From an uncultured Phycisphaerales bacterium (lineage in GTDB: Bacteria; Planctomycetota; Phycisphaerae; Tepidisphaerales; Tepidisphaeraceae): a stretch of 64,000 nucleotides of DNA. The translations under genes were made by a program, and so were the position numbers. The notes beneath the pieces are model-generated. The model searched no databases, was not told where the DNA came from, and worked only from the letters and a program-made list of their open reading frames with translations. Positions 1 through 12,317 of the stretch are shown piece by piece (the first letter of the stretch is position 1; every line of letters starts with the position of its first letter). Where the stretch lies: contig CAVWVQ010000003.1 in the NCBI GenBank assembly GCA_963758525.1, positions 4,256,001 through 4,320,000 on the forward strand, given 5' to 3'.

Positions 1-669
1 CGAACCGTCTGGCTCGTCCTCTGGCGACCCGCCCGGGCAGCCGCGGACGTCAATCGATCCGTAAGCTATCAAGACGCGCGACGCTTTCAGCACATCACCG
101 TCATGCTTGCGTTCATACCCCTGGCATGCTCCGCGATCTGGGGAGCCTGGGACACAGAACTCTTTCACGTGCATGGCTTCTCAAACGGGCCGCTCGGTTG
201 GACTTTGGAGCTGGGCGTGATCCCTGTCGGCTTGATGTCCATGTGGTTGTTCCTCTTCGCCGCGACCGGCGCACCCAGCTATTTCTTTCATCCGCGATCG
301 CTGCCTCCGGAACGGCAGAATCGCGCCATCGCGTTGAGCTATTATGCATCTGCCCCGCTCGCGTTGACGCCGATCTTGATCGCCTTCGCTGCGTGCATCG
401 GTGCCCTCTACGGGACCACATTCAGAAGCGGATTTCTGGACGAGGGAGTGTTGATCGCGCTGGTGCAGGCGCTGTTCATTCTGATGGTATTTTCCCTCTG
501 GCGCGCACCGTTGACGTTTCTTTCCCGCTGCACCGGCTGCTCGAGGTCGCGCCTCTGGGCGTTTGCGTTGTATCTGCCGATCAGTTGGACGCTGCTCGGC
601 GCATTCTTCCTCGCCGGCATTCCCGCCGCATACGTGTTTGTCTCAGTCGTCATATTGAGCCTGCGGTGA
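1..669 (+). CDS. Multi-pass membrane protein, 5' end probably outside the window
   Basis: Frame of ORF 103..669 is open back to the window start; several hydrophobic helices. Confidence 0.6.
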   Translation, partial: RTVWLVLWRPARAAADVNRSVSYQDARRFQHITVMLAFIPLACSAIWGAWDTELFHVHGFSNGPLGWTLELGVIPVGLMSMWLFLFAATGAPSYFFHPRSLPPERQNRAIALSYYASAPLALTPILIAFAACIGALYGTTFRSGFLDEGVLIALVQALFILMVFSLWRAPLTFLSRCTGCSRSRLWAFALYLPISWTLLGAFFLAGIPAAYVFVSVVILSLR

Positions 670-681
670 TGGCATCTGCGA

Positions 682-1941
682 TCAGTTCACCATCAGATCA
701 GCCGGATCGCGCAGCAGCGCGCCCACCCTGGTAAGCCCTTCAAATATCCGCATGTTCATGGCGTTCTCGACCGCCTGGCCCGAAAAGATTCTCGCCAATC
801 GTTTTTGAATGCGCTTTCCCGCGCGAGCGCCGATGGGGTTGTCTTTATATTTTTGGCCGGCGCGATAGAGGTTGAAGAGCCGGCCGTCGTACCAACTGTC
901 GATGACCGGCTGCCACAGGCGCATCTCGCGTCGCAAGCCCTGCTCGTATTGACGCATCGACCGCGCGGAGTCGGCTTCGATTGCACCGGCGAGATCGAAC
1001 GCGCTGCGCATCCCAAGATACAGACCGGTGGAAAAAACCGGATCGATGAAACCGGCGGCGTCGCCGATCAAAGCCCAGCCGGGACCGGTCATCCGGCGGG
1101 AGATGATCTGATAGTTGCTGTACCGCACCACCGGCGTAAGCCGGATTGCTCCTTCGCTGTACCGCTTCAGGGACGGCTCGTCGCGCAGAAAGTTGTCATA
1201 TTGTTGCTCGATGGTCTGCCCGTAAGCACAGAGGTGCTCCGGCTTGATGACGATGCCCAGCGACACTCTGCCGGGAAGCGGAATTCGCCATCCCCACCCT
1301 TTGCTGAGATAGTCGACGTGGATGTGACCCGGGTCGCTGAGCACGGTTCGGTCCAGGTGGGCGAACAGCGCCACGTCGTCGCGCCCGCCGCGATCTGCCG
1401 GCAGCTCGAGCAGTCGGGCGATCGCCCGCGATCGCCCCGAAGCATCGACGATCAGATCCGGAGCGTCGGCAAAGAATCCGTTCGTTTCGCAAGACGTGTT
1501 CGTCGAAAGGCGAACCGTATTCGGAATGTCCCCTTTTTGCAGCCGGGCGGTGACGTTGAACACGCTCACACCCGCTTCGCGGGCGGCGTTGAGTATCGCG
1601 GCGTCGAACAGATCGCGCGGCGTGTTGTACGAGTAGTCAGGCAACCGCCCCTGGGCTGCCCGGAAGAAGGAGGGAATCACCTCCGCCTCCCGCAGGCAAA
1701 CCGTCGCCCCCGGCTTGAAGACGCTGAATGACTTCACCTTCTCTTCCACGCCCAGCGTGCGGAGCATCGGCACCACCGCCGGCAGCAGCGACTCGCCGAC
1801 AATCAACGGCGGACGCTTATCACTGTGGAAGAGGCCGACCTTGTGCCCCTTCTTCGCGAGCAATGCGCCCAGCGTCGCGCCGGCCGGACCGCCGCCAAGA
1901 ATCGCGATGCTGCGGATTGCGTTTGTCGACACCGTCATCAT
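682..1941 (-). CDS. FAD-dependent oxidoreductase, flavin-dependent halogenase-like
   Basis: GGGPAG Rossmann motif, VGESLLP, WGWRIP (WxWxIP) and GDAAGFIDPVFSTG. Confidence 0.8.
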   Translation of the reverse strand: MMTVSTNAIRSIAILGGGPAGATLGALLAKKGHKVGLFHSDKRPPLIVGESLLPAVVPMLRTLGVEEKVKSFSVFKPGATVCLREAEVIPSFFRAAQGRLPDYSYNTPRDLFDAAILNAAREAGVSVFNVTARLQKGDIPNTVRLSTNTSCETNGFFADAPDLIVDASGRSRAIARLLELPADRGGRDDVALFAHLDRTVLSDPGHIHVDYLSKGWGWRIPLPGRVSLGIVIKPEHLCAYGQTIEQQYDNFLRDEPSLKRYSEGAIRLTPVVRYSNYQIISRRMTGPGWALIGDAAGFIDPVFSTGLYLGMRSAFDLAGAIEADSARSMRQYEQGLRREMRLWQPVIDSWYDGRLFNLYRAGQKYKDNPIGARAGKRIQKRLARIFSGQAVENAMNMRIFEGLTRVGALLRDPADLMVN

Positions 1942-2030
1942 CGTACCGCGCAGTGACCTCAGGCGTCATGCCGCCGCGCCACGTGTCGCCGCCTCGGAGG
2001 GCAATCGCATGTGGACAAAACCGGCTCTGG

Positions 2031-2144
2031 TCCCCTCTCCCGGTACTCCGGGAGAGGGTGAGGGTGAGGGTGATTTCGAGCACCAATGGCACTGGACATT
2101 TCAAATCACCCTCACCAACCCTCTCCCGGCGTACCGGGAGAGGG
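2031..2144. repeat. Paired REP-like palindromes (CCCTCTCCCGGtactCCGGGAGAGGG family)
   Basis: Two inverted hairpins flank a short spacer; a related hairpin lies at about 22991-23020. Confidence 0.7.
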
Positions 2145-2253
2145 AGCAGAAGCCACACGCAATCGCCCTGCGCCGCCCCGCGTTTGCTGCTTGCGGGCGC
2201 GAGAATTTCCGGGGAGCGTCTTCTTGCCTCCTCCCCTCCTCCGAGCAAGCCAT

Positions 2254-3683
2254 TCACGCGAGCACTGATCGAATCACATTTCCATACACGTCGGTCAGGC
2301 GAAAATCCCGCCCGGCAATCCGATAGGTCAGTCGTTCATGATTCAGGCCCAGAACGTGCAGAATGGTCGCCTGGATGTCGTATACGTGAACCGGGTTTTC
2401 AACGATGTTAAAGCCAAGCTCGTCCGTCGCGCCAAATGAAAAGCCTGATTTGATCCCGCCGCCGGCGAGCCACATGGTGAAGGCGTTTGGGTGGTGGTCG
2501 CGACCGAGGCTTCTTCCCATGGACGGATTGGATTCGACCATCGGCGTCCGCCCGAACTCGCCGCCCCAGATCACCAGCGTTTCATCGAGCAGGCCGCGCT
2601 GCTTGAGGTCCTTCACCAGCGCGGCCGCCCCCTGGTCGGTCGCCTGGCAATTTTTGGTGTGATTGCCCAGGACGTCGGAATGCGCGTCCCATCCCTCGTG
2701 ATAGATGTTCACGAAGCGCACGCCGCGCTCCACCATTCGCCGCGCCAGCAGGCACGCGCGGGCAAACGAGGGCTTGGCGGGATCGCATCCGTACAGATCG
2801 AGCGTGGACTTGCTCTCGGTCTTGAGGTCCATCAACTCCGGCGCGGATGTCTGCAGGCGATACGCCATCTCATAGGATGACAGCCGCGTGGCGATTTCCG
2901 GATCGCCTTCCGATGCCAGCCGCTTCTTGTTCAGCGTATCAATCAGATCCAGCGAATCGCGCTGCAGCCGTGCATCGACGCCCCGAGGGCTGGCAACGTC
3001 GAGAATCGCGTCTCCCGCGTTGCGAAAGCGCACGCCGGCGTAGAGCGTCGGCAAAAATCCGCTCGACCAGTTGGCTGATCCCCCGCTGATTCCCGCGCCG
3101 GTCGACATCACCACAAATGCCGGCAAATTGCTCGATTCGCTCCCCAGCCCGTAGGTGACCCACGAACCGATGCTGGGCCGGCCCGGCTGCGAAAAGCCGG
3201 TGTTGAGCAGAATCTGCGCCGGAGCGTGGTTGAACTGATCGGTGTGCACGGATTTGATCAAGCACACGTCGTCGGCAACGCTTCCAAGATGCGGGAGCAC
3301 TTCCGCCAGTTCCGCGCCACATTGTCCATGGCGTGAAAACTTGAAACGCGGGGCCAGCGCCGCGGCATCCGATCGGATAAACGCGTACCGCTGGCCGCCA
3401 ATGATCTCCGGCGGAATCGGACGCCCCTCGTACTTCACCAGCGCCGGCTTGTAGTCGAACAGATCGAGATGGCTCGTGCGCCGGCCATGAACAGATGAAT
3501 CACGCGCTTTGCCGTGGGGGCAAAGTGAGGCTGCTTCACCGCCAGCGGGTCGACCCGCGTGGATGCGCCTTTGGCAAATGCTTCGGTGAGAAGCGACGCC
3601 AGCGCGATCTTGCCGACGCCGATGCCGCACTGACTGAAGAAATGCCGCCGCGTTACCGCCAGCGGATCGATCGGTTTATTCAT
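2254..3683 (-). CDS. DUF1501 family protein with Tat-like N-terminus (frameshift near 3480)
   Basis: MNKPIDPLAVTRRHFF...VIHLFMAG joins SHLDLFDYKP...ARRMVERGVRFV, WDAH, WGGEFGRTP, GRDHHP. Confidence 0.85.
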
Positions 3684-3720
3684 AGCTTCCGTCCTCGTGC
3701 ATCGTTCCTGTCGAACCCAA

Positions 3721-3976
3721 GTAGGGCGGATTTCATCCCGCCGTTCTCTGCGATACCTCAAGCTCCCCAAATCCCGGCGGGATCAATCCCGCCTACGAAA
3801 GACCCCTCAAGTAGGGCGGGATTCATCCCGCCGTTCTCTGCGATACCTCAAGCTCCCCAAATCCCGGCGGGATCAATCCCGCCTACGAAAAACCCCTCAA
3901 GTAGGGCGGGATTCATCCCGCCGTTCTCTGCGGTACCTCAAGCTCCCAAATCCCGGCGGGATCAATCCCGCCCTAC
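3721..3976. repeat. Three tandem ~90-bp units, each a GTAG-family REP doublet
   Basis: GTAGGGCGGGATTCATCCCGCC...GGCGGGATCAATCCCGCCTAC starting at 3721, 3811 and 3901 with near-identical spacers. Confidence 0.9.
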
Positions 3977-3986
3977 AAAAACTCGA

Positions 3987-6900
3987 TCAATTTCGCGTGA
4001 TCGTTTCGTCGAGATTCAGCATCGCGCGGGCCGTCGCGATCCATGACGCCTGGCGGGCAGCCTCCGCGCTCTTGTCGCCCGCCAGCGGCTCGGGGTCCAA
4101 TTCTCGCGATTCGAACCGCTGTTCCTGCGCCGCGTGAAAACTCAGCACCACCGCCCGCTCGTCGTCGGTGGGCATGCGGGACAGACATCGGCGGAAGAGG
4201 AACGTCACCCTTGCCGCGTCATCCCCGCCCTGTGCCGCGGCGAGTTTGCCCAGTGCCCGGCCGGCATCGACAAACACCTCGTCATTGAGCAGTGTCAGCG
4301 CCTGCAGCGGGGAGTTGGACACATCCCGGCGGGCGATGCATGCCTCGCCGCTGGGCGCGTCAAACGCCGTGAACATCGCATAGGGTGTTGTGCGCTTCAT
4401 GAACGTGTAAAGACCACGACGATAGCGGTCTTCGCCGGTGCTGACTTTCCATTCAAATGGCACGTACGCGCCATCGGTGGTAACAGACGCCGGCTGCGGC
4501 GGAAAAACGCTCGGTCCGCCGATTTTTCCTGAGAGAAGACCGCTGACGCTCAGCGCATAGTCCCGCACCAGCTCGGCCTCGAGACGCAAGCGCGGCGCGC
4601 GCGCCAGCAATCGATTCTGCGGGTCGCGCTCCAGCAATTCCGGCGAGACGCGCGATGATTGCTGATACGTCGCGCTCGTGACGATCAGCCGGTCGAGCTT
4701 CTTGAACGACCATCCCTCCTTCATGAATTCCACCGCCAGCCAGTCGAGCAGTTCCGGATGGCTCGGACTCTCTCCCTGGTAGCCGAAGTCCGCCAGCGTC
4801 GTGACGATCCCCTTGCCGAAGAACGCGGCCCATTGCCGATTGACGGTCACGCGCACCGTCAGCGGATTTGCCGGATCGACGAGCCAGCGCGCGAAGCTCA
4901 GGCGGTCGTGCGGCGCGCCCGGTGGCAGGGGCGGCAGGATCGACAGCACGTTCGCCGATACCAGATCCGTCGGCTGCAGATATTCGCCGCGGTGATGAAC
5001 GTGCGTGGGGCGCAGCTCACTTGCCGGTCGCTCTTTCAGCACCAGAGTGGTTGGGTCCTTGGGCAGGCTGTTGTGAAGAGCCGCGATCTGGGCGTGTTGC
5101 GCGGCGAGCTCAGGCGCGACCGAGAGAAAATGCGCCATCAACTGATCCCGCTGCTCGGCCGATCGATCGGCCGCGGGATGTGTCAGAATGGCTTCGATAT
5201 CCGTCGGAACGGTGGGGGCCTCCAGCACGCGCGGATCCGAGGTCACCGAAATGCGGAAGCGCCCAGCGGCGCTGAGAAATATCTCTCGAAGATCATGCTG
5301 AGCGACAAGTCGCCCGCGTTTTCCAGTGGCTTGGCCAAGGTGAACAGCGCGGTCTGCGCCCGGCCCTGGCCGCCGCCGATCGCCCAGCCGCTCAGCGGAT
5401 CAGCGTCTATTGCCCCCGTCGCGGGGCTGCCTTTCTCGGCGTAGGTCTGCACCGCGCCACCCATCGCCACCGGTTGGCCCGAAGCGGTTACGGTCATCGC
5501 GGACAGAAAGAAGCTCCCAAAGGGCCCTTCATAATAAATCCGGCCCGGCCCGTGATTTGGCAGACTGTCGTCCGGCAACGCTTCGAGTCGAAGCGCCGTG
5601 ATATTCCTCAAGTCGGTCGCATACTTCAGGTCGTACACATCACGTTTAGTCTGGTCGCCGCTGGCGAGCACTGAATTGTCGTCCAGCAGATGAAGTGTCG
5701 CGGCGTTCGCCTTGAACTGCGTCGGCTTCAGAATCGTCCACTTCACCGCTCGCGCAGTCTCTTTCGCGAGCCAGGCGTTGTAGCTTTTCTCCAACGCGTC
5801 ATGCCGTCGCTCCGCCAGCGGCCGATCATCGCGGTTGGCCGGAAGCTGCCCCAGGCTGACGCGGAATCGTCCCAGCAGATGCGATTTGCCGAAATCCTGC
5901 TCGAATCGAATCGTCCACCGCGCTCCGGCGGATCCTGCTGGCTTCGCAAGACGGAATAGGGCGGCCTGCTTCCCCGGCCCACCCTTGCCGTCGATCGCCC
6001 AGCCGGTCTGCGGATCGTCATCGATCGCGCCGGCGACTGGGTAACCCTGCTGGGAGAAATCCGCCTGTGCATCGGCGATTGTCAGACTTTTCTCGGGCGA
6101 CTCGTCCGTGCCCGATTCCGCGATCGAGACGGAGATTTTCGAGAGCACAAAGTTGCCGTCGTCAGCCCGGCCCGGCCCCTTATGCGGCAGGGACGGATCA
6201 TGCAGCACCTCCAGGCGCAGCGCCCCCACAGCGGTCAAATCTGAATTGAGGACCAGCGTATACGTGTCCCGCTCCGAGGGCTTCCCGCCGAAGAGGATGG
6301 AGCCATCGGGCAGCACCTTTGCGGTGGCGCCGCCGGCCGATGTCACGCGGATCGGCGCGGGGGTCGTCCACGTCAGTTGTTCGCCCGGCACGGGAAACTG
6401 ATTTGCAAGATCCGCGGTCTTTGCGGCAATCTGCGCTTCGATCGCTTTTCGCCTGGAGTCAATGTCGGCTTGCGCGACATCAATGGTCGGCTCGTCGCAG
6501 TTGTTGAAGAACGCGACCACCTGGTAATACTCGCTCTGCTTGATCGGATCGAACTTGTGCGTGTGGCACTGCGCAGCCGAGCGTCAGACCCAGCCAGGTT
6601 GTGGCCGTCACGTTGGTGCGGTCGATGACCGCCTTCCAGCGAAACTCCAGCGGGTCGATGCCTCCTTCCTCGTTGAGCATTGAGTTGCGGTGAAACCCCG
6701 TGGCAATGCGCTGGTCGGCGGTTGCGTGGGGAAGCATGTCGCCGGCCAATTGCTCGACCGTGAACTCATCGAACGGCATGTCCGCATTAAGCGCGCGAAT
6801 CACCCAGTCGCGGTAGGGCCAGATCGACCGCTCGCGATCCTTTTCGTAGCCGTTGGAATCCGCATAGCGCGCCAGATCGAGCCAGCGCCGCGCCCACCGC

Positions 6901-7571
6901 TCCCCATAGCGGGGGCTGGCCAGCAGCCGGGCCACCACTTTTTCATACGCGTCCGGCGATGCATCGGCGATAAACGCGTCCACCTCCTCCGGCGACGGGG
7001 GAAGGCCGATGAGATCGAGCGAGACGCGACGAATCAGATTCGCCCGATCCGTGGCAGCCGACGGATGCAAGCCCGACGCTTCGAGCTTCGCAAGAATGAA
7101 CCGATCGATCGGATTCCTCGCCCAGCCCGCCTGCTTCACCTCCGGCAGCGGCGCCTGCACCGGCGGCACAAACGCCCAATGCTGCTTGTAGAACGCACCA
7201 CCCGCAATCCAGCTTTTCAGTGTTTGCTTCTCCGCCTCGGTCAGCGGGTTCTTCGTTCCCGGCGGCGGCATCACCTCGTCCTGGTCATTCGAGAAGATGC
7301 GCTTCAGCAGCGTCCCGCGCTCCGTGTTGCCGGGAACGATCGCAAACTCGCCGGACTCGACTTTCGCCAAAGCCGTGTCGCGCATGTCCAGCCGCAGTTT
7401 CCCTTTGCGCGCCGCGTCGTCAGGACCATGACACTTCAGGCAATGATGCGCGATGATCGGCCGAACATCGTTCGTGAAATCCGGAGAATCCGCCATCGCG
7501 CGTGCGGTGCATGACACGAAACCCGCCAGGGCTGCCCAGAGAATAAGAACTTTGTTCGCTCGCATACGCAT
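3987..7571 (-). CDS. PSD1/planctomycete cytochrome c domain protein (DUF1549/DUF1553), frameshifts near 6570 and 5245
   Basis: CLKCHG haem motif, [30 protein letters not shown](A/Q)[32 protein letters not shown] across three ORF pieces. Confidence 0.85.
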
Positions 7572-7983
7572 AGCTTGCTTGATTGTAATACCCGGCGGCA
7601 AACATTCTGTTCGGTCGGATTCCGCGTCTTCCACTGCGACCGGATTGCGATTCGTCGTCAATCCACGTCGATTGTGACGCTCTCAAAGCCAACGGATTGC
7701 TATCCGTTGGGAATTGATCAAACGAATCCGCTTTTACCGCCAGTTCGGCCTGCGCGCCGGGCGCCTTCTTATCCTCATGCGACATCGCGCGACAGATTTT
7801 GCAGCGCCGCATGTCGCATCCGCCACTCAACTGCTTGCCCTGCCGCGGGATGCTCTCCAGTCTGGCGCGACACCGCGCCAACAGTTGCGCGCCGTTTGCT
7901 GAAAACGGGGTATCCCGCGCACTCGTCGTCCACCGTGCAACTCCTTCGCCGCTCTCCAGCCGCGCCAGCCCAAAAGAGTGATT

Positions 7984-8106
7984 GCCACGAAACAACACAA
8001 ACGACACAAAAAAGAGATGCCGCGCACGAGAGCAGCTTCCGATTCACTTTCTGCTCTTGCGCGTCGCCTCTCTCTTTCCCTTTTTGTGTTTTTGTGTTTT
8101 TGTGGC
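7984..8106. repeat. Intergenic inverted repeat (CACAAA-rich arms)
   Basis: gccacgaaacaacacaaacgacacaaaa ... tttttgtgtttttgtgttttgtggc. Confidence 0.55.
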
Positions 8107-8769
8107 CGTTCGCTCTTTGATTCCAGCGCGCTCGGCCATGTCTGCGCGTATCGTCAATCAGAGTGCGACTTGGTGCTGAACCCGCGGCTGTCCCCGCCGA
8201 TCTGTTGTGATTGCGTGACGGTATCCTTTTCGCTCGCCCCCGTGCGACATTGATTGGCCTCCGGCTTCTCCTCTGCCAACGATTCCGTCTGTTCCAAAGG
8301 CGTAGGGTCCGCTCGGCGGCTCCTAAGGTACGCCTCGAATGGCCGAAAGCGTCGAGCCGCCGTGCGGACCATTCCTCGACTTCCGCGAGAATCCTCGACG
8401 GCGCTCTCTGCTGTCCATAATGAGTTATCCATTCAACCCGTTTCTAACAGCTGTCGCAGACGGTATTCCACCTTGATTGCGAACTCCTGACTCCTTGCTG
8501 AAATCACCATTCGCGATGCGACGTTCACTGTCGCCCGAATTTTGCAATCAGAACGTCCAGACCCCAGCTTCCCCCGTAAAGTGGCACGAAATGGCACGAA
8601 ATGGCACATTATTTTCCGAGCCCGACCGTGCTTTCAGCGGATTTTCCTCCTCGTTTAGCCGGTGGGCATGCCCGCCGTGTCGCCGCAGGCGAAACCGATT
8701 TCCAAAACCACGCAGAGTCCTGCGCTATCCGATGCGCCGCGAAAACTTCTAACCGGACGAAACTTGCAA

Positions 8770-9246
8770 CGGCTCACCATCACACATGTTCGGCGATGGG
8801 TGGAACATCACCATCGGGTGGGATATGGATCGGTCTATCAGGGCCGCTACAAGTCCTTCCCCGTCCAGGACGATGCGCACTTCTCCACGCTGGTGCGATA
8901 CGTTGAGCGCAATCTGCTGCGGGCCAACATCGTCACGCGGGCAGAGGACTGGCGATGGTCCAGCCTTGGCCAGTCGATGCACCCGGCGACCGAGGAGGTG
9001 CCGCGCATTCCCCTCTGCCGCTGGCCGGTCCGACGGCGTCGCGATTGGGTCGAATGGGTCAACCAGCCGCAGACCAACGCGGAGATGGGTGCGGTTTTCC
9101 ACGCGATCAGGCATAATCGTCCGTACGGTTTGCCCGCATGGACCACCAGGATCCAGAGACAGTTGGGACTCGGCCCGTTGCGGCCGCGCGGCAGGCCGAG
9201 CGAGCAGAACGCAAAAGAATTGGACCGTCCCGTCAGGCGTTCCTGA
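8770..9246 (+). pseudogene. 5'-truncated RAYT/IS200-like Y1 HUH transposase
   Basis: LTITHVRR..GSVYQGRYKSFPVQ..RYVERN..DWRWSS..RPRGRP is similar to 42136..42806, but the N-terminal HUH half is missing. Confidence 0.75.
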
Positions 9247-9259
9247 TTGCGTGGAAATC

Positions 9260-9699
9260 ATGCTGACGAAGCACGAAAACCGCCTGTGGCTTATGGGCGT
9301 ACCTCTTTGCCTTGCGATTTCACTTGCCTTGTCCGCACTATGCCGGCAAGCCCTGTGGGTCGAATCGCGACAAATGCGAATTGGAGTGTCGAAAACCATC
9401 ACTACCACAAATGCGACCGTTGGCAGGCGCAGTTCGACGCAGAAAATGATGGAGAGTTCAATGCTGTGGCAGCCGTTGAGGCGCTTCCCGAAACGAAGAG
9501 GCTGCAATCGTTGATCGACAAGGCGTCCGACGTTTCCGTCATCTGTGGAGACGGGCCGTACAATGGCAGGGACTTTTGGCTCGTGAATGTTTACATCATT
9601 GACAGCCACCGAGTTGGAAACCTATGTCGGCAATATCGTTACAATATTCGAACGGGTATAGTAACCCCGGTTTCGCCCGACGGGACCTCAAAACCATAA
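9260..9699 (+). CDS. Hypothetical exported protein (possible frameshift)
   Basis: Hydrophobic N-terminus MLTKHENRLWLMGVPLCLAISLAL in one frame and a globular C-terminus in ORF 9247..9699. Confidence 0.35.
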
Positions 9700-9992
9700 G
9701 TACTCGTACTGTCGATTCCGGAGCGCGAAAATGTGAAGGGTGGCACTCGCGCTCTTTCTCGACCCTGCATCAGAGGATCATCATGTTGTGGGTCAGGACT
9801 CGCAATCGCATGTCGCGTTTGCGGCTGGCGGGTTCTACAGAGAGGTTGCAGTGATGCTTCGGCTCACATGACTTCCTCCTTTCGCGAGCTTAGCTTGGCG
9901 CAATCCCTCTTCGCGTTCGCCGCATCGCCGTTGTGAGAGAGTTGTTCTGCCAGACTCAATTTCCCGAGATGATCATCAGTCGGAATCTGCTT

Positions 9993-11042
9993 TCATAGCA
10001 ACCGCTCGCCCTTGCCGCGCGGGATCAGCGTAATGATCTTCTCCACAATCTGCTCGACGGTGATTCCCTCCGCCTCGGCGTTGAAATTGGGAATGATCCG
10101 ATGACGCAGCACCGGGGCGGCGACGGCTTCGATGTCTTCGATTGTCACGAAGAGCCGGCCGTGCATCAGGGCGCGGGCTTTGCCAGCGAGAATCATGTTC
10201 TGCCCGGCACGGGGGCCGGCGCCCCAACTGAGCCAATGACGGACAAAATCGCTGGCGCCGGGTTCATTGGGACGCGTGGCTCGCACCAGGTCGATCGTGA
10301 AGGCAAAAACGTGATCGCCGACCGGCACGCGACGCACGATGTCCTGCAGTTCCATGATCCGCCGGGCGTTGATCACTTTCTTCACCTTCCCGGCGGGGAC
10401 GCCGGTCGTGCGCTTCAGCACTTCCATCTCTTCGTCGCGCTTCGGATAATTCACCATCACCATGAACATGAACCGGTCGAGCTGCGCCTCGGGCAGCGGA
10501 TAAGTCCCCTCCTGCTCGATCGGATTCTGCGTCGCGAGAACGAAGAAGGGAGTTGGCAGATCCATGGTGTGACTGCCGGCGGTGACCTGCTGTTCCTGCA
10601 TCGCCTGGAGCAACGCGGCCTGCGTCTTGGGCGGCGTGCGATTGATTTCATCCGCCAGCAGCAGGTTGGCAAAGATCGGCCCCTTGAGAAATTCAAAGCG
10701 CCGCCGACCCGTGTCGGGGTCTTCCTGCAGGATATCCGTGCCGGTGATATCGGAGGGCATCAGGTCGGGGGTGAACTGGATGCGACGGAAGGAGAGCTCC
10801 ATCGTCTGCGAGATGGTCGAGACGAGCATCGTCTTGGCCAGCCCGGGAACGCCCTGCATGACGCAGTGTCCGCGCGAGAAAATCGCGATCAGGATTTCCT
10901 CGATGACCCGGTCCTGGCCGACGATCACCTTGGATAATTCTGTTTTCAGCGCGTGATACGTCTCGGCCAGATACTTGGCGGCTTCGACATCGGAGTATTC
11001 CGAGATCGAGGTTCCGGACGGGATGGAGGAGGGGTCGGGCAT
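9993..11042 (-). CDS. moxR: MoxR family AAA+ ATPase
   Basis: GVPGLAKT, RIQFTPDLMPSDITG, LADEINRTPPKTQAALL, ATQNPIEQEGTYPLPEAQLDRF. Confidence 0.95.
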   Translation of the reverse strand: MPDPSSIPSGTSISEYSDVEAAKYLAETYHALKTELSKVIVGQDRVIEEILIAIFSRGHCVMQGVPGLAKTMLVSTISQTMELSFRRIQFTPDLMPSDITGTDILQEDPDTGRRRFEFLKGPIFANLLLADEINRTPPKTQAALLQAMQEQQVTAGSHTMDLPTPFFVLATQNPIEQEGTYPLPEAQLDRFMFMVMVNYPKRDEEMEVLKRTTGVPAGKVKKVINARRIMELQDIVRRVPVGDHVFAFTIDLVRATRPNEPGASDFVRHWLSWGAGPRAGQNMILAGKARALMHGRLFVTIEDIEAVAAPVLRHRIIPNFNAEAEGITVEQIVEKIITLIPRGKGERLL

Positions 11043-11043
11043 T

Positions 11044-11360
11044 TCAGGGTTGGGGGGTCAGGGTTCAGGGTTCAGGGTTCAGGGTTCAGGGGAAAACCCG
11101 AATGACGAAACCCGAAATCAGAATCAAGTCCGAGTGACGAATGACCGAATGACGAAACCCAAGGCTAAGATACTTCAGTGGGCGCCGAGCAACCAATTGG
11201 TTAGGAGCAAGCCTCGCGTCTCGCGATTGCGGGAGCACCGGCATTGTTTCGGGTTTCGGATTTCGTCATTCGGATTTGATTATTTGATTCTGGTTTCTGG
11301 TTTCGTCATTCGGGTTTGCTTCGTGTGATTCGTTTGACTCTGGTTTCTGGTCATCCGGTT
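11044..11360. repeat. (TCAGGGT)n heptamer tract plus AATGACGAA/TTCGTCATT inverted-repeat element
   Basis: Tandem tcagggt, then aatgacgaaacccgaaatcagaatcaa ... ttgattctggtttctggtttcgtcatt; same family at about 17545-17760 and 24305-24570. Confidence 0.8.
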
Positions 11361-11374
11361 TTTGTGGAGGCGGT

Positions 11375-12317
11375 TCACGGCTCTAGCACCTTGGCACTTT
11401 GAATCTGCACTGCTGCTTTCGGATCGGGGGCGCTGCGGATAAATCGCACGCCGGGCGCTCGCGGGCTCGCGGCCAGCCCATGCGGGCCGGCCCAGAGCCG
11501 CTTGCCGTTGGATTCCACGACGGCCTGCTCGCGATTCATGATGATGCGCACGCGGATCGTTCCTGGATTCAGCGCGGCGGCGGTGGTGGGCAGCACGCTT
11601 CCGTCGAGCACGACCTGCTGGGACTTGCCGCGCAGGCTCCAGAGCAATTCGTGCGAGCTGGTGGCGCGGTCTTCGCTGAAGTCGCCGGAGGTGGAAACGA
11701 AAATCTGTGCGACGAGGTTGTCGCTGAGATGAGATGCTTTCAATTCGACTTCAAACGCGAACGGCTCATCGGGGGAAATCGGGGTTGAAAGCACGATCCC
11801 GCCGCCCGCGGTCTGCCCGCCGGCGATCGGGCGCAGCCCGCCGGTGGAATCGAGCGGCAGACTGCCGATGACGCGCCAGCCGGCAGGGACGGCGCCGCTG
11901 AATTTCGCGTCAGCCAGTTCAGTGGGGAAATACAGGGCCGCCACATCACCACCGGACGAATGGCTGCCGCCCTCGCGCGGCATGAGGTGGTATCCGGTCC
12001 AGCCCAATGCCGCGATAATGCCGATGCTCGCCAGGACGGCGATGATCGCCGCCGTGGGAATGCCTTGCGCTTTTCCCGGCTCGCGATCCTGGTCCAAACC
12101 TTCCATCAGCTTGCGCGTGAAGCCGGCCCCCGCGAATATCTCGGAAGCTTTTTCCGCTCTCCAGGTGCTCGCGTGCGGAGAGCAGCAGTTGGTATTCGTC
12201 GCCGGCCGATGAGTTGACGCCGATCTGCGCGACCGCCTCGCGCAAGGCGCGCTGCCCGGGCCGGCACAGCGCCTCGGCCAGCAGTTGAGCAAACGGATCT
12301 GTATCGGTGTCAGTCAC
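11375..12317 (-). CDS. Probable anti-sigma factor, single TM (frameshifts near 12260 and 12130)
   Basis: Overlaps the ECF sigma stop; short N-terminal domain, one TM (AAIIAVLASIGIIAALGW) and a beta-rich extracytoplasmic domain. Confidence 0.55.

Noticed and set aside
3721..3976. Possible CRISPR array
   Set aside because: Spacers are near-identical, the units are GTAG REP doublets and there are no cas genes.
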